Below are positions 35,875 to 45,874 of a DNA stretch of 64,000 bases, in pieces. The DNA lies in assembly GCA_965263065.1 (NCBI GenBank), contig CBDHGH010000003.1, positions 1,156,537 through 1,220,536 of the forward strand, given 5' to 3'. Below the pieces are notes generated by a model that made no database searches, was not told the DNA's origin, and saw only the letters and a program-made list of their open reading frames with translations. The stretch comes from Dehalococcoidia bacterium. GTDB lineage: Bacteria > Chloroflexota > Dehalococcoidia > Bin125. The position numbers and the translations under genes are program-made. The stretch's first letter is position 1. Each line of letters begins with the position of its first letter.

Positions 35875-37185
35875 TTACGAGGGTTCGGCCAGCACCATGC
35901 CCGCCGCGACGGTGTTCGACGTCGCCTCGTCGATCAGGATGAAGCTGCCTGTCGTGCGGTTGCGCGCGTAGGCGTCGGGGAACAGCGCCGTCGTGCAGCG
36001 CAGGCGCACGCGCCCGATGTCGTTCAGCGACAGCGCCTCCACGCCGGGCTCCGGCCGGAGCGAGTTGACGTCCAGCCGGTACGTGATCGCGTCCGCGACC
36101 ACGCGCGCCGTCCGCGTCGTGTGCTTGATGCCCAGGCGCCGCCCCGGCGCGAGCGTGCCCGCCTCCGACATCCAGCAGACCATCGCGTCGAAGGTCTGCC
36201 GCGCGGCCGGCCGCGTGGCGCTGTGGCAGATCAGGTCGCCGCGCGAGACGTCCAGGGCGTCGCGCAGGGTCACCGTCACCGACAGCGGCGGTCGCGCCGA
36301 CTCGACCGCCACGCCGCCCACCGCGATCTCGCCAATCGTGGTTTCCCGCCCCGAGGGCAGCACCGTCACCGGGTCGCCGGGGCGCAGGATCCCGCCGGCC
36401 ACGACGCCCGCGTAGCCGCGGTAGTCGGACCCCACGGGCCGGATGACGTATTGCACCGGCAGGCGGCCGTCGTCGAGGTTGTGATCCCAGGCCACCTCCA
36501 CCGACTCCAGGTAGTCGAGCAGGGCGGGGCCGTCGTACCAGGGCATCGCCGCGGACCGATCGACGACGTTGTCACCGCGCAGCGCCGAGATCGGGATCGC
36601 CCCCACGTCGATCGTGCGCCCGTGCGTCGCGCGCAGCTTGACGGCGAACGCCGCGAAGTCGGCCCGGATGCGGTCGAAGACGGCCTGCTCGTAGCCGGCC
36701 AGGTCCATCTTGTTCACGCACAGCACCAGGTGCGGGATGCCCAGCAGCGTCGCCAGCGAGGCGTGGCGCCGGGTTTGCTCGAGCAGCCCGTGGCGCGCGT
36801 CGACCAGGATCAGCGCCAGGTCCGCCGTCGATGCGCCGGTCACCATGTTGCGCGTGTACTGCACGTGGCCGGGCGTGTCGGCGAGGATGAACTTGCGGCG
36901 CGGCGTCTGGAAGTAGCGGTACGCCACGTCGATCGTGATGCCCTGTTCGCGCTCGGCGCGCAGCCCGTCCGTGAGCAGCGCCAGATCGACGTAGGCGTCG
37001 CCGCGCGCCTTGCTGGTCCGCTCGATCGCCTGCAGCTGGTCGTCGAACGTCTGCTTGGCGTCGTACAGCAGCCGCCCGATCAGCGTGCTCTTGCCGTCGT
37101 CGACCGACCCGGCCGTCGAGAAGCGCAGCAGGTCCGACGCGCCGTAGCGGCCGGCCGCGCCGTCCGTCGCCGCCTCGCTCGTCAT
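35875..37185 (-). CDS. cysN: sulfate adenylyltransferase subunit 1 (GTPase), no fused APS-kinase domain
   Basis: The GTPase motifs GSVDDGKST, DTPGH and NKMD are present, followed by EF-Tu-like domains II/III. 436 aa. Confidence 0.85.
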   Translation of the reverse strand: MTSEAATDGAAGRYGASDLLRFSTAGSVDDGKSTLIGRLLYDAKQTFDDQLQAIERTSKARGDAYVDLALLTDGLRAEREQGITIDVAYRYFQTPRRKFILADTPGHVQYTRNMVTGASTADLALILVDARHGLLEQTRRHASLATLLGIPHLVLCVNKMDLAGYEQAVFDRIRADFAAFAVKLRATHGRTIDVGAIPISALRGDNVVDRSAAMPWYDGPALLDYLESVEVAWDHNLDDGRLPVQYVIRPVGSDYRGYAGVVAGGILRPGDPVTVLPSGRETTIGEIAVGGVAVESARPPLSVTVTLRDALDVSRGDLICHSATRPAARQTFDAMVCWMSEAGTLAPGRRLGIKHTTRTARVVADAITYRLDVNSLRPEPGVEALSLNDIGRVRLRCTTALFPDAYARNRTTGSFILIDEATSNTVAAGMVLAEPS

Positions 37186-37206
37186 CCCGCGCCCAGGGTC
37201 GGGCGG

Positions 37207-38142
37207 CTAGAAGTAGCCCTCACGCTTGCGGTCCTCCATGCCCGTCTCCGAGATGCGATCGTCGGCGCGCGTCTCGCCGCGCTCCGTGATGCGCGTGGCC
37301 GCGATCTCGCCCACGACCGCCGTCAGCGTCGTGGCGTCCGACTGCACCGCCGCCGTGCAGGTCATGTCGCCCACCGTGCGGTAGCGCACCCGCGCCCGGA
37401 ACGGCGCCTCGTTCGGCAACAGCGTGACGTGCGGCCCCAGCGCGTACAGCATCCCGTCGCGACGGAAGACCTCGCGCTCGTGCGCGAAGTAGAGCGGCGG
37501 CAACTCGAGCCCCTCCGCGTCGATGTACTCCCAGATGTCGAGCTCGGTCCAGTTGGACAGCGGGAAGACGCGCATGTGCTCGCCCAGGCGGTGCCGGGCG
37601 TTGTACAGCGTCCAGACCTCGGGCCGCTGATTCTTGGGGTCCCACTGGCCGAAGTCGTCGCGCAGCGAGAAGACCCGCTCCTTCGCCCGCGCCTTCTCCT
37701 CGTCGCGGCGCGCGCCGCCGAACACCGCGTCGAAGCGATGCTCCTGGATCGCGTCCAGCAGGGTCACGGTCTGCAGGCGGTTGCGCGACGCCCGCGGCCC
37801 CGTCTCCTCGATCACGCGCCCCGCGTCGATGCTCTCCTGCACCGACGCCACCACCAGCTCCACGCCCAGCTCCGCCACCTGCCGGTCGCGGAAGCGCAGC
37901 ACCTCGGGGAAGTTGTGGCCCGTGTCGATGTGCATCGCCGGGAAGGGGATGCGTCCCGGCGCGAAGGCCTTGGCCGCGACCGCCAGCATCACGATGGAAT
38001 CCTTGCCGCCGGAGAACAGCAGCACCGGCCGCTCGAACTCGGCCGCGACCTCGCGCATGATGTGGATCGCCTCGGCCTCCAGCTGGCGCAGGTGGGGGAT
38101 GCGATTGGCGGCGGGAAGCCGGGCCGGCGCGGCGGCTGCCAT
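37207..38142 (-). CDS. cysD: sulfate adenylyltransferase subunit 2
   Basis: The PAPS-reductase-like ATP-PPase fold is present (LLFSGGKDSIVMLAVA). It is ~310 aa from the ATG at 38142 and lies 21 nt upstream of cysN. Confidence 0.85.
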   Translation of the reverse strand: MAAAAPARLPAANRIPHLRQLEAEAIHIMREVAAEFERPVLLFSGGKDSIVMLAVAAKAFAPGRIPFPAMHIDTGHNFPEVLRFRDRQVAELGVELVVASVQESIDAGRVIEETGPRASRNRLQTVTLLDAIQEHRFDAVFGGARRDEEKARAKERVFSLRDDFGQWDPKNQRPEVWTLYNARHRLGEHMRVFPLSNWTELDIWEYIDAEGLELPPLYFAHEREVFRRDGMLYALGPHVTLLPNEAPFRARVRYRTVGDMTCTAAVQSDATTLTAVVGEIAATRITERGETRADDRISETGMEDRKREGYF

Positions 38143-38343
38143 GTCGTGACACTTTCGGGCGGCTCGACGATCGCGGGGCGCGGCGCCCTGTGCGTCGTCG
38201 TGGCCGCGCATCAAACAACACTAAGATAACCGGAATTATCAAGATTGCCGAGCGCGCGGTGTAACACTGGGCGATCGCCCAGGGAGAGTCAGGCGTCGCC
38301 CTTGGCCCTGAGCCGTCGCGACCTCGCCCCCTAGACTCGCCAC

Positions 38344-41028
38344 ATGCCGCAGGACGAATTCGACCTCGCTGCCCTGGAAGAGGGCCAGGTGTTGGGGCCG
38401 CCGCCGCCCCGGCCGGGTCAATCGCCCGCTCCCGTTCCCCCGGCCGCGGCGACCCCGCCGCCGCCTGCGGCGCCCCCGCCGCCCCCTACGGCGCCCCCGC
38501 TGACCCCCACGGCGCGCCCGCCCTCGTTCGACGCCCCGGTCCCGGCGCACGCCCAGCGGGGTCTGAGCGCGGCGGAGGTCGCCGACCGCCTGCAACGCGG
38601 CCTCGTCAATCGCGACGACAGCAAGCAGCGCCGCGACCGCGACGTCGTCCGCGAGAACGCGCTCACCTACTTCAATCTCGTGCTCTTCTCCCTGATCCTG
38701 ATCCTGTTCATCCTGGCCATCGTCGATCGGGACACGGGCCACGCGCAGGACGCCTTCTTCGTCGGCATCGTCGTCGCGGCGAACATCACCATCGGCACCT
38801 GGCAGGAGATCCGCGCCACGCGCACGCTGCGCGCCCTGCAGGCGCTCGCCGCCCCCCGCGCGACGGTCGTGCGGGACGGCGCCGAGTCGCAGATCCTGGC
38901 CACCGAGGTCGTCCAGGGTGACCTCCTGCTGATCGGTCCGGGCGACCAGGTGGTGGCCGACGGTCGCGTCGTCGTCGACGTGGCCGAAATCGACGAATCG
39001 CTGCTGACCGGCGAATCGGCGTCCGTGCGCCGGGTCCCCGGCGAGACCGTGCTCTCGGGCAGCTTCTGCACCGCCGGCCGCCTCGGCTACGTCGCGGAGC
39101 GCGTGGGCGCCGAGTCCTATGCGCTCCAGCTCACCGCCGACGCCCGCCAACTCGTCCGCCGCGCCACGCCGTTGCAGATCCGCTTCCGGCGCATCGTGCG
39201 CATCCTGCTCATCGCGACGGCGGCGCTGGGGGCGCTGCTGCTCGTCTCGGCCGCCGTCGCGCACGACGACCTGGCCGACGCGATCAAGAACACGACCGCC
39301 ACGATCTCGTCCGTCGTGCCCGAGGGCCTGCTGCTGGGCATGACCGTCGCCTTCGCCGTCGGCGCCGTGCGCCTCTCGCGCCGGGGCGCGATCGTCCAGG
39401 ACATCAACGCCGTGGAGGCGATGAACTACCTCGACGTGGTCTGCCTCGATAAGACGGGCACCATCACGGCCAACGAACTCAGCCTGCAGGAGACGCTCTG
39501 GCTCGGCCACGACGATGAGCCGGATGCGGGAACCAGGGCCGCCCAGATCGCGACCGGCCGCGGCTGGCTGGGCGCGTTCGCCGCCGCCGGGGCGAACGAG
39601 AGCGGGACCGGCGCCGCCCTCGCCACCGGGCTGGGGGCGGAGTCCAACGGCGCCCAGCCCGTCGCACGCGTGCCCTTCAACTCGGAGCGACGCTGGAGCG
39701 CGCTGACGCTGGAACGGCGCGGCGTGCGGCGGCACTTCGTGCTGGGCGCGCCCGAGACCGTCCTGCCCTACGCGGACGACGACGGCCGTCTGGGCGATCG
39801 CTACGCGGAGGCGGCGCGGATCGGCCTGCGCGGGCTCATCTTCGCGGAGGCCGCGGCGCTGCCCGACCCCGAGACCGGCCTGCGCGACGTGCGGGCCCTG
39901 GCCCTCGTCACCGTCGCCGACGTGCTGCGCGACGAGGTCGCCGACGCCTTCCAGTTGATGGACGAGATCGGCATCGAGCCGAAGATCATCAGCGGCGACA
40001 ACCCCGCGACCGTCGACGCGCTCGTGCGGCAGCTCGGCATCGAGCTGCCGGGTGGCCACATCTCCGGCGCCGAGCTGGCCGCCCTGGACGAGGCCGACTT
40101 CCACGACGCCGTGGAACGCCACAGCGTGTTCGGCCGCATCGCGCCCGAACAGAAGGCGCGCATCGTCACGGCGCTGCGCGACAACAAGCACTTCGTCGCG
40201 ATGATCGGCGACGGCGCCAACGACGTGCGCGCGCTGCGCGCCGCCGACGTCGCCGTCGCGATGGAGTCCGGCACCCAGACGGCGCGCGCCGTGGCCGGCA
40301 TCGTCCTGCTCAACGACTCCTTCGCGGCCTTCGTCAGCGGCACGGCCGAGGCGCAGTCGGTGCTGGGCAACAGCGCCCAACTCAGCAAACTCTTCATCAC
40401 CAAGAGCTTCTACGCGTTCCTCATCATCATCGCCTCCGACATGCTCCAGCTCGACTTCCCCTTCCTGCCCCGCCACGGCTCGCTGACGTCGCTCTTCACG
40501 CTCGGCCTGCCCACGCTGTTCATCGCGCTGACCAAGCCGCCGCCCCGCGCCGGCGCCGACTGGACGAACACGGTCCTGCGCTTCGCGCTGCCCGCCGCCT
40601 TCGCGCTCGCCGCCGCCAGCGTCGCCGTGCACCTGCTCACCGAGGGCTTCCTCAACCGCCCCATCGAGGACTCGCGCACGCTGGTCTCGCTGACGATCGC
40701 CATCGTCGGCATCTACTTCATGGTGCTGGTCATCGGCTTCGACGGGATCACGCGCGACATGCGCGGCCGCGAGCTCGTGCGGCCCGTGATGACGTCCTTC
40801 TTCGGGGTCGCGCTCGTCGGCCTCTTCGTCCTGACCCTCTACACCCCGCCCATCCGCGACTTCTTCGACTTCGTCCCGGTGGGCGCCACCGAATGGGGCA
40901 TCGTCATCCCGGCCGTGATCATGGGCATCATCGGCCAGTACGTGCTGAGCCGGAACTGGCGCCAGATCCTGGCCTGGATCATCAAGCAGCCGGAGGCCGA
41001 GGAGCTGGAGCGCGGCCGCGCCGTCTGA
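38344..41028 (+). CDS. P-type cation-transporting ATPase (P2-like) with ~75-aa Pro-rich N-terminal extension
   Basis: CLDKTGTITANEL (phosphorylation site), the TGES actuator motif, MIGDGANDVRALRAADVAVAM and ~10 TM segments. Confidence 0.85.
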   Translation: MPQDEFDLAALEEGQVLGPPPPRPGQSPAPVPPAAATPPPPAAPPPPPTAPPLTPTARPPSFDAPVPAHAQRGLSAAEVADRLQRGLVNRDDSKQRRDRDVVRENALTYFNLVLFSLILILFILAIVDRDTGHAQDAFFVGIVVAANITIGTWQEIRATRTLRALQALAAPRATVVRDGAESQILATEVVQGDLLLIGPGDQVVADGRVVVDVAEIDESLLTGESASVRRVPGETVLSGSFCTAGRLGYVAERVGAESYALQLTADARQLVRRATPLQIRFRRIVRILLIATAALGALLLVSAAVAHDDLADAIKNTTATISSVVPEGLLLGMTVAFAVGAVRLSRRGAIVQDINAVEAMNYLDVVCLDKTGTITANELSLQETLWLGHDDEPDAGTRAAQIATGRGWLGAFAAAGANESGTGAALATGLGAESNGAQPVARVPFNSERRWSALTLERRGVRRHFVLGAPETVLPYADDDGRLGDRYAEAARIGLRGLIFAEAAALPDPETGLRDVRALALVTVADVLRDEVADAFQLMDEIGIEPKIISGDNPATVDALVRQLGIELPGGHISGAELAALDEADFHDAVERHSVFGRIAPEQKARIVTALRDNKHFVAMIGDGANDVRALRAADVAVAMESGTQTARAVAGIVLLNDSFAAFVSGTAEAQSVLGNSAQLSKLFITKSFYAFLIIIASDMLQLDFPFLPRHGSLTSLFTLGLPTLFIALTKPPPRAGADWTNTVLRFALPAAFALAAASVAVHLLTEGFLNRPIEDSRTLVSLTIAIVGIYFMVLVIGFDGITRDMRGRELVRPVMTSFFGVALVGLFVLTLYTPPIRDFFDFVPVGATEWGIVIPAVIMGIIGQYVLSRNWRQILAWIIKQPEAEELERGRAV

Positions 41029-41049
41029 CGGCCGCCGCCGATCGGGGCG

Positions 41050-42102
41050 CTACTCCGCGTACAGCGCCGCGACCTCGGGGTCTTTGCGCGCGATCAGTTC
41101 CGCCGTCTCGAGCAGCACGCGCGCCTGCTTGTAGGTCGCGTCGTCCTGCATCTTGCCGTCCACGACGGCCACCCCCGACCCCCCCGCGCCGATCGCCGCG
41201 ACCACGCGCCGCGCGAAGTCGACCGCCTCCGGGTCGGGCCGGAAGACGCGCCGCGCGATCGCGATCTGGCGCGGGTGCAGCGTCCACGCCCCCACGCAGC
41301 CCAGGATGAAGGCGTCGCGGAACTGGTCCTCGCAGGCCGCGTCGTCGGAGAAGTCGCCGAAGGGGCCGTAGAACGGGAAGATGCCGCTGCCCGCACAGGC
41401 GTCGACCATGCGCGCCAGGGTGTAGTGCCACGGGTCCTGCATGTAGGTCGCGCGGGGCGCGTTGGGCCGCGCGGGGTCGGCGTCGTCGCGAACGATGTAG
41501 CCGGGGTGCGGGCCGCCCACCCGCGTCGTTTTCATCCGCCGCGACGCGGCCAGGTCCGACGGCCCCAGGCTCATGCCCTGCATGCGCGGGCTGGCCGTCG
41601 CGATCGCCTCCACGTTGGCCACCCCGGCCGCCGTCTCCAGGATCGCGTGCAGCATGATCGGCCGCGAGAGCTCCCGCCGCGCCTCCAACTGCGCCAGCAG
41701 CTGATCGACGTACTGCACGTCCCAAGGGCCGTTCACCTTGGGCAGCATGATCACGTCCAGGCGGTCGCCGATGGCGTCGACGAGGTCCAGCATGTCGTCC
41801 AGGAACCAGGGGCTGTCGAGGCTGTTGACGCGCGTCCAGAGCTGCGTGTCGCCGAAGTCGTGGGCCCGCGCCACCGCGATCAGGCCCTCGCGGGCCGCCT
41901 CCTTGCGCTCGACCGGGATCGCGTCCTCGAGGTTGCCCAGCAGGATGTCGACCTCGCCCAGCATCCGCGGGACGCGGCCCCGCATCTTCTCGCTGCTGGG
42001 GTCGAAGAAGTGCACCATCCGCGAGGCGCGTGTGGGGATCTCCGCGAGCGGCGTCGGCGCGCCGACGGCGAGCGGCTGCAGGAAGTCGCGGGGGTTGCGC
42101 AT
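41050..42102 (-). CDS. HpcH/HpaI aldolase - citrate-lyase beta (CitE)-like CoA-ester lyase
   Basis: 350 aa with a CitE/malyl-CoA-lyase-like TIM-barrel pattern (VMLPKV ... [14 protein letters not shown]). Confidence 0.65.
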   Translation of the reverse strand: MRNPRDFLQPLAVGAPTPLAEIPTRASRMVHFFDPSSEKMRGRVPRMLGEVDILLGNLEDAIPVERKEAAREGLIAVARAHDFGDTQLWTRVNSLDSPWFLDDMLDLVDAIGDRLDVIMLPKVNGPWDVQYVDQLLAQLEARRELSRPIMLHAILETAAGVANVEAIATASPRMQGMSLGPSDLAASRRMKTTRVGGPHPGYIVRDDADPARPNAPRATYMQDPWHYTLARMVDACAGSGIFPFYGPFGDFSDDAACEDQFRDAFILGCVGAWTLHPRQIAIARRVFRPDPEAVDFARRVVAAIGAGGSGVAVVDGKMQDDATYKQARVLLETAELIARKDPEVAALYAE

Positions 42103-42165
42103 GGGGACTCCTTCGCCGGGCGGCGCGCGTCGATCCGTTCGCGCCCGACGATACCCCAGCCGCCG

Positions 42166-43287
42166 CTAGTTCGCTCCCAGCAGGTCGTCGAGCGGCGTGT
42201 GATCGCGGCCCAGCGACGCCGCCACGGCCGGATGCGTGATCTGTCCGCGGTAGGTGTTGACGGCCCGCCACAACTGGCGATCGCCCCGCACCGCCGCCTC
42301 GAATCCCGCGCCCGCCACCTTGAGGATGTAGGGCAGCGTGAGCCCCGTCAGCGCCCGCGACGACGTGCGCGGCACCGACCCCGGCATGTTCGGCACCGCG
42401 TAGTGCACCACCCCCTCCTCGACGTAGATCGGGTTGCGGTGGTCGGTGGGGCGCGTGGTCTCGACGCAGCCGCCCTGGTCGACCGCGACATCGACGATCA
42501 CGGCGCCCGGGTGCATGGAGCGCACCATCGGCCGCGTCACCACGACCGGGGCGCGGCGCCCCGGCGCCAGCACCGCGCCGATCACGACGTCGGCCTCGGC
42601 CACCGCCTGGCCCACGCTCTGCCCGCTGGCCAGCACCGTTTCGATCCGGCCCGTGTACAACTCCTCCAGGCTGCGCAGTTGGTCCTCGTTGATCGAGAGC
42701 ACCGTCACCCGCGCCCCCGCCCCCACCGCCGCCCGGCAGGCGTTCTTGCCCACCGTGCCGGAGCCCACCACGACGACGTGCGCGGGCGGTACGCCGGGTA
42801 ATCCGCCCAGCAGCTGGCCGCTGCCGGGGCCGGGCTTCTTGAGGAACTGCGCCGCCATCTCGACGGCCATCCGCCCCGCCACCTCCGACATCGGCGCCAG
42901 CAGCGGCAGGAAGCCGTCGTCGCGTTCCACCGTCTCGTAGCCGATCGCCGTGCAGCCGGACGCCAGCAGGGCGTCGGTGACCGCTTCCGCCGCCGCCAGG
43001 TGCAGGTAGGTGAACAGCATCTGGCCGTCGCGCAGCAGCGCGTACTCGGAGGGCTGCGGCTCCTTCACCTCGCAGAGCAGCTCGGCGCACTCGAAGACGG
43101 CCTCGGCGTCCGGCGCCAGCCGCGCCCCGGCGGCGACGTACTCCGCGTCCGAGAAGTTCGATCCCGCCCCCGCCCCCGCCTCGACCAGCACCGTATGCCC
43201 CGCGCTCACGATGTCGGCCACGCCCTGCGGCGTCAGCGCGACGCGGTACTCCTCCGTCTTCGTCTCGGTCACCGTGCCGACGATCAC
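42166..43287 (-). CDS. ald: alanine dehydrogenase
   Basis: VIVGTVTETKTEEYRVALTPQ... matches Ald (MIIGVPKEIK.E.RVA.TP). The NAD motif VVVVGSGTVG is present. GTG start at 43287 with a GGGGAGGAG Shine-Dalgarno. Confidence 0.85.
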   Translation of the reverse strand: MIVGTVTETKTEEYRVALTPQGVADIVSAGHTVLVEAGAGAGSNFSDAEYVAAGARLAPDAEAVFECAELLCEVKEPQPSEYALLRDGQMLFTYLHLAAAEAVTDALLASGCTAIGYETVERDDGFLPLLAPMSEVAGRMAVEMAAQFLKKPGPGSGQLLGGLPGVPPAHVVVVGSGTVGKNACRAAVGAGARVTVLSINEDQLRSLEELYTGRIETVLASGQSVGQAVAEADVVIGAVLAPGRRAPVVVTRPMVRSMHPGAVIVDVAVDQGGCVETTRPTDHRNPIYVEEGVVHYAVPNMPGSVPRTSSRALTGLTLPYILKVAGAGFEAAVRGDRQLWRAVNTYRGQITHPAVAASLGRDHTPLDDLLGAN

Positions 43288-43345
43288 GTCCGGCTCCTCC
43301 CCATTCAGTCCGCCCTTCAGTCCGCCCGCTCCGTCCCCGCTGGCG

Positions 43346-43795
43346 TCAGGGCCGCGCCACCGGGCTCGCGTGGTGGTGCAGCAACTTCCAACCGTCCCTC
43401 TGACGAAGAAACGTGTTGCTGACCGCGATCGGATGCCCCCCCACCAGCTCCCGCCCCACCACCAGTGCCACCTCGCCGACAATCTGGGCCGTCTCCGCGG
43501 CCCCCACGATCTTGGCCTGCTCGGCGTTGCCCAGAATCGATCGCCAGCTCTCCAGCACCGCCTCGCGACCGCGCAGGATGTTCCAGCCCGGATGCACGCA
43601 GGTGACCTCGGCGGCGGTCGCCCAGAGCGCCGCCATCGCGTCGCTGTCGCGCGCGTTGAAGGCCGCGTAGAAAGCGGCGTTGGCGGCGAGCACGGCCGCC
43701 TCGTCGTGCTGCGGCATGGGGCTCTGGGGCATGGGGCTCTGGGGCATGCGCTCGCCCCCGTCGGAGGCGGAGCCCGGCGGATGCGGGGTCGTCAC
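43346..43795 (-). CDS. SnoaL-like / NTF2-fold (DUF4440-like) protein with N-terminal MPQSP tandem repeat
   Basis: ...AVLAANAAFYAAFNARDSDAMAALWA..., a typical SnoaL_2 pattern. The true start is probably an internal Met. Confidence 0.6.
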   Translation of the reverse strand: MTTPHPPGSASDGGERMPQSPMPQSPMPQHDEAAVLAANAAFYAAFNARDSDAMAALWATAAEVTCVHPGWNILRGREAVLESWRSILGNAEQAKIVGAAETAQIVGEVALVVGRELVGGHPIAVSNTFLRQRDGWKLLHHHASPVARP

Positions 43796-43804
43796 GGCGG
43801 GCCG

Positions 43805-44137
43805 TCAGCCCGGCGTGTCCGAGCGCCGACGGCGCGGTCGCCGCTGCCGGGGCGCCGACGGCCGCAGCCAATCCTGTAGCTCGCCCGAATACGCCCCCAC
43901 GATCAGCACCACGATCGACGCCGCCCGCGTCCCTCCCGGTGCGCCGACGTCATCCAGGAACGTCTTGTAGGGATCGGTCGCGACCATGCCCACGTCGAAG
44001 TGCAGGATCGCCAGGACCGTCAGCAGGACCAGGCTCAGGCCCGCGATCGGGTGCGCGCGGTAGTGCGCCCGCTGCGCCCACAGCACCACGATGAAGACCA
44101 GCGGCACACCGAACGCGATGTACTCCAGCACCGACAC
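43805..44137 (-). CDS. small membrane protein (2-3 TM), hypothetical
   Basis: 110 aa with hydrophobic helices (YIAFGVPLVFIVVLWA, LSLVLLTVLAILHF, IVVLIVGAY) and an Arg-rich tail. Confidence 0.5.
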   Translation of the reverse strand: MSVLEYIAFGVPLVFIVVLWAQRAHYRAHPIAGLSLVLLTVLAILHFDVGMVATDPYKTFLDDVGAPGGTRAASIVVLIVGAYSGELQDWLRPSAPRQRRPRRRRSDTPG

Positions 44138-44210
44138 GCCCCACCTCCAACCGCGTGCGCCGCTCGCGGAGTCGCGGCGTTCACCAGCCTAGCGATCGCA
44201 GGGGGAGGCC

Positions 44211-45833
44211 GTGAAGCCGCCGCGGTGCGACAATACCCCGATGCAGTGGAGCAAGGCGCTGTCGAGCAAGGCGATCGCGTGGCGACGACGGCACGCCGCG
44301 CCCATCGGGGTGGCGGCGGTGACGACCGTCGCGCTGCTGGCGTTCGCCTGCGGCTCCGACGGCGCCGACCCGGGCGCGCAGGCCGTCCGCGAGGTCGCCC
44401 CCGCGCAGGCCGCCGCCGAGGAGGCGCCCGCCGAGCAGGCCGCTGCCGAGCAGGCCGCTGCCGAGCAGGCCGCCGCCGAAGCTACCGAAGAGGCCCCCGC
44501 GGAGGCCACACCAGAGGACGAGCCCGAGGCCCCCGCGGAGGCCGCCGCCGAGGAGGCGCCCGCCGAGCAGGCCGCCGCCGAGAGCCAGCCCCAGCCCGAG
44601 GATCGCGCCGAGACCCAGGCCGAGGCCGAGACCGAGACCGAAGCCACCGCAGAGGCCCCCGCGGAATCCACCGCAGAGGACGAGCCGGCGTCCGACCCCC
44701 CGCCCCCCGACTCAGGCACGTTCCTGCCGCTCGACGCCGACCTCACGCCCGCCGGCGAGCCGATCCTGCGCGACCTCGGCGCGCCGTCGCACTTCGGGCG
44801 CACCTGGAACACCAACTTCGACATCAGCCTGGTGGACTACTCGGAGATCCTCTCCGGCGGCGTCCCCCGCGACGGCATCCCCACCATCCGCGACCCCCGC
44901 TTCATCTCCATCGCCGAGGCCGACGCGCTGTATGCCGGCAGCAGCCCGGTCATGGAGGTCAGCCTCAACGGCGACGCCCGCGCCTATCCGCTCGAGATCC
45001 TGATCTGGCACGAGATCGTCATCGACGTCGTGGGCGGCGTGCCGGTCGCCGTGACCTACTGCCCGCTCTGCAACACCGCCATCACCTTCGACCGCACGAT
45101 CGGCGGCACGACCTACGACTTCGGGGTCAGCGGGCTGCTGCGCAACAGCGATCTGATCATGTACGACAGCCAGACCGAATCGCTCTGGCAGCAGATCGGC
45201 GGCGTGGCGATCGTCGGTGACATGGTGGGCGCCCGGCTGACGGTCCTGCCATCCACCATCGTGGCCTGGGGCGACTTCAAGGCGCAGTACCCGGAGGGCA
45301 TCGTGCTCTCGCGCGAGACGGGCTACGCCCGGCGCTACGGCGCGAACCCCTACGCCGGCTACGACCGCATCGGGAACACCCCCTTCCTCTTCCGCGGCGA
45401 GATCGACGAGCGGCTCAGCGCCATGGAGCGCGTCGTCACGCTGGACCTGCCCGGCGACGCCGTGGCCTACCCCTTCACCCTGCTCGCCGAGCAGCGGGTC
45501 GTCGCGGACGTCCGCGACGGCCGGGAGATCGTGGTGTTCTGGACCCCCGGCGTGACCTCGGCGCTCGACGGGGCCGACATCGCGCGGTCCCGCGACGTCG
45601 GCACCACGGGCGTCTTCGAGCGCAGCGTCGACGGACGCCTGCTGGACTTCCAGCCCAACCCCGACGACCCGGCCACGTTCCTCGACGCCCAGACGCAGTC
45701 GGTCTGGAACATCTTCGGCTCGGCGCGCTCCGGGCCCCTGGCCGGCACGCAACTGACGCCCGTCGTGCACGCCAACCACTTCTGGTTCGCCTGGGCGGCC
45801 TTCCAGCCCGACACCGTTGTCTTTGGCGGCTGA
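44211..45833 (+). CDS. DUF3179-domain lipoprotein with ~150-aa Ala/Glu/Pro-rich linker
   Basis: A signal/lipobox (LLAFACGSDG), then an (AEQAAA)n/(EAPAEA)n acidic linker. The C-terminal domain has the YCPLCNTAITFDR motif characteristic of DUF3179. Confidence 0.75.
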   Translation: MKPPRCDNTPMQWSKALSSKAIAWRRRHAAPIGVAAVTTVALLAFACGSDGADPGAQAVREVAPAQAAAEEAPAEQAAAEQAAAEQAAAEATEEAPAEATPEDEPEAPAEAAAEEAPAEQAAAESQPQPEDRAETQAEAETETEATAEAPAESTAEDEPASDPPPPDSGTFLPLDADLTPAGEPILRDLGAPSHFGRTWNTNFDISLVDYSEILSGGVPRDGIPTIRDPRFISIAEADALYAGSSPVMEVSLNGDARAYPLEILIWHEIVIDVVGGVPVAVTYCPLCNTAITFDRTIGGTTYDFGVSGLLRNSDLIMYDSQTESLWQQIGGVAIVGDMVGARLTVLPSTIVAWGDFKAQYPEGIVLSRETGYARRYGANPYAGYDRIGNTPFLFRGEIDERLSAMERVVTLDLPGDAVAYPFTLLAEQRVVADVRDGREIVVFWTPGVTSALDGADIARSRDVGTTGVFERSVDGRLLDFQPNPDDPATFLDAQTQSVWNIFGSARSGPLAGTQLTPVVHANHFWFAWAAFQPDTVVFGG

Positions 45834-45874
45834 CGGAGTTCGGACTCGGCCAGCGACGACGTCACCGCCCGTCG

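Noticed and set aside
38143-38343. AT-richer stretch upstream of cysD (catcaaacaacactaagataaccggaattatcaagattgcc) considered as a possible small RNA or tRNA
   Set aside because: No cloverleaf or terminator structure is present. It is best explained as the divergent promoter region between cysDN and the P-type ATPase gene.
40982-43090. 702-aa minus-strand ORF spanning citE-like and ald
   Set aside because: It is an alternate frame of two real genes that have clear motifs (CitE-like and Ald with GTG start). Its composition is Arg/Gly/Pro-dominated.
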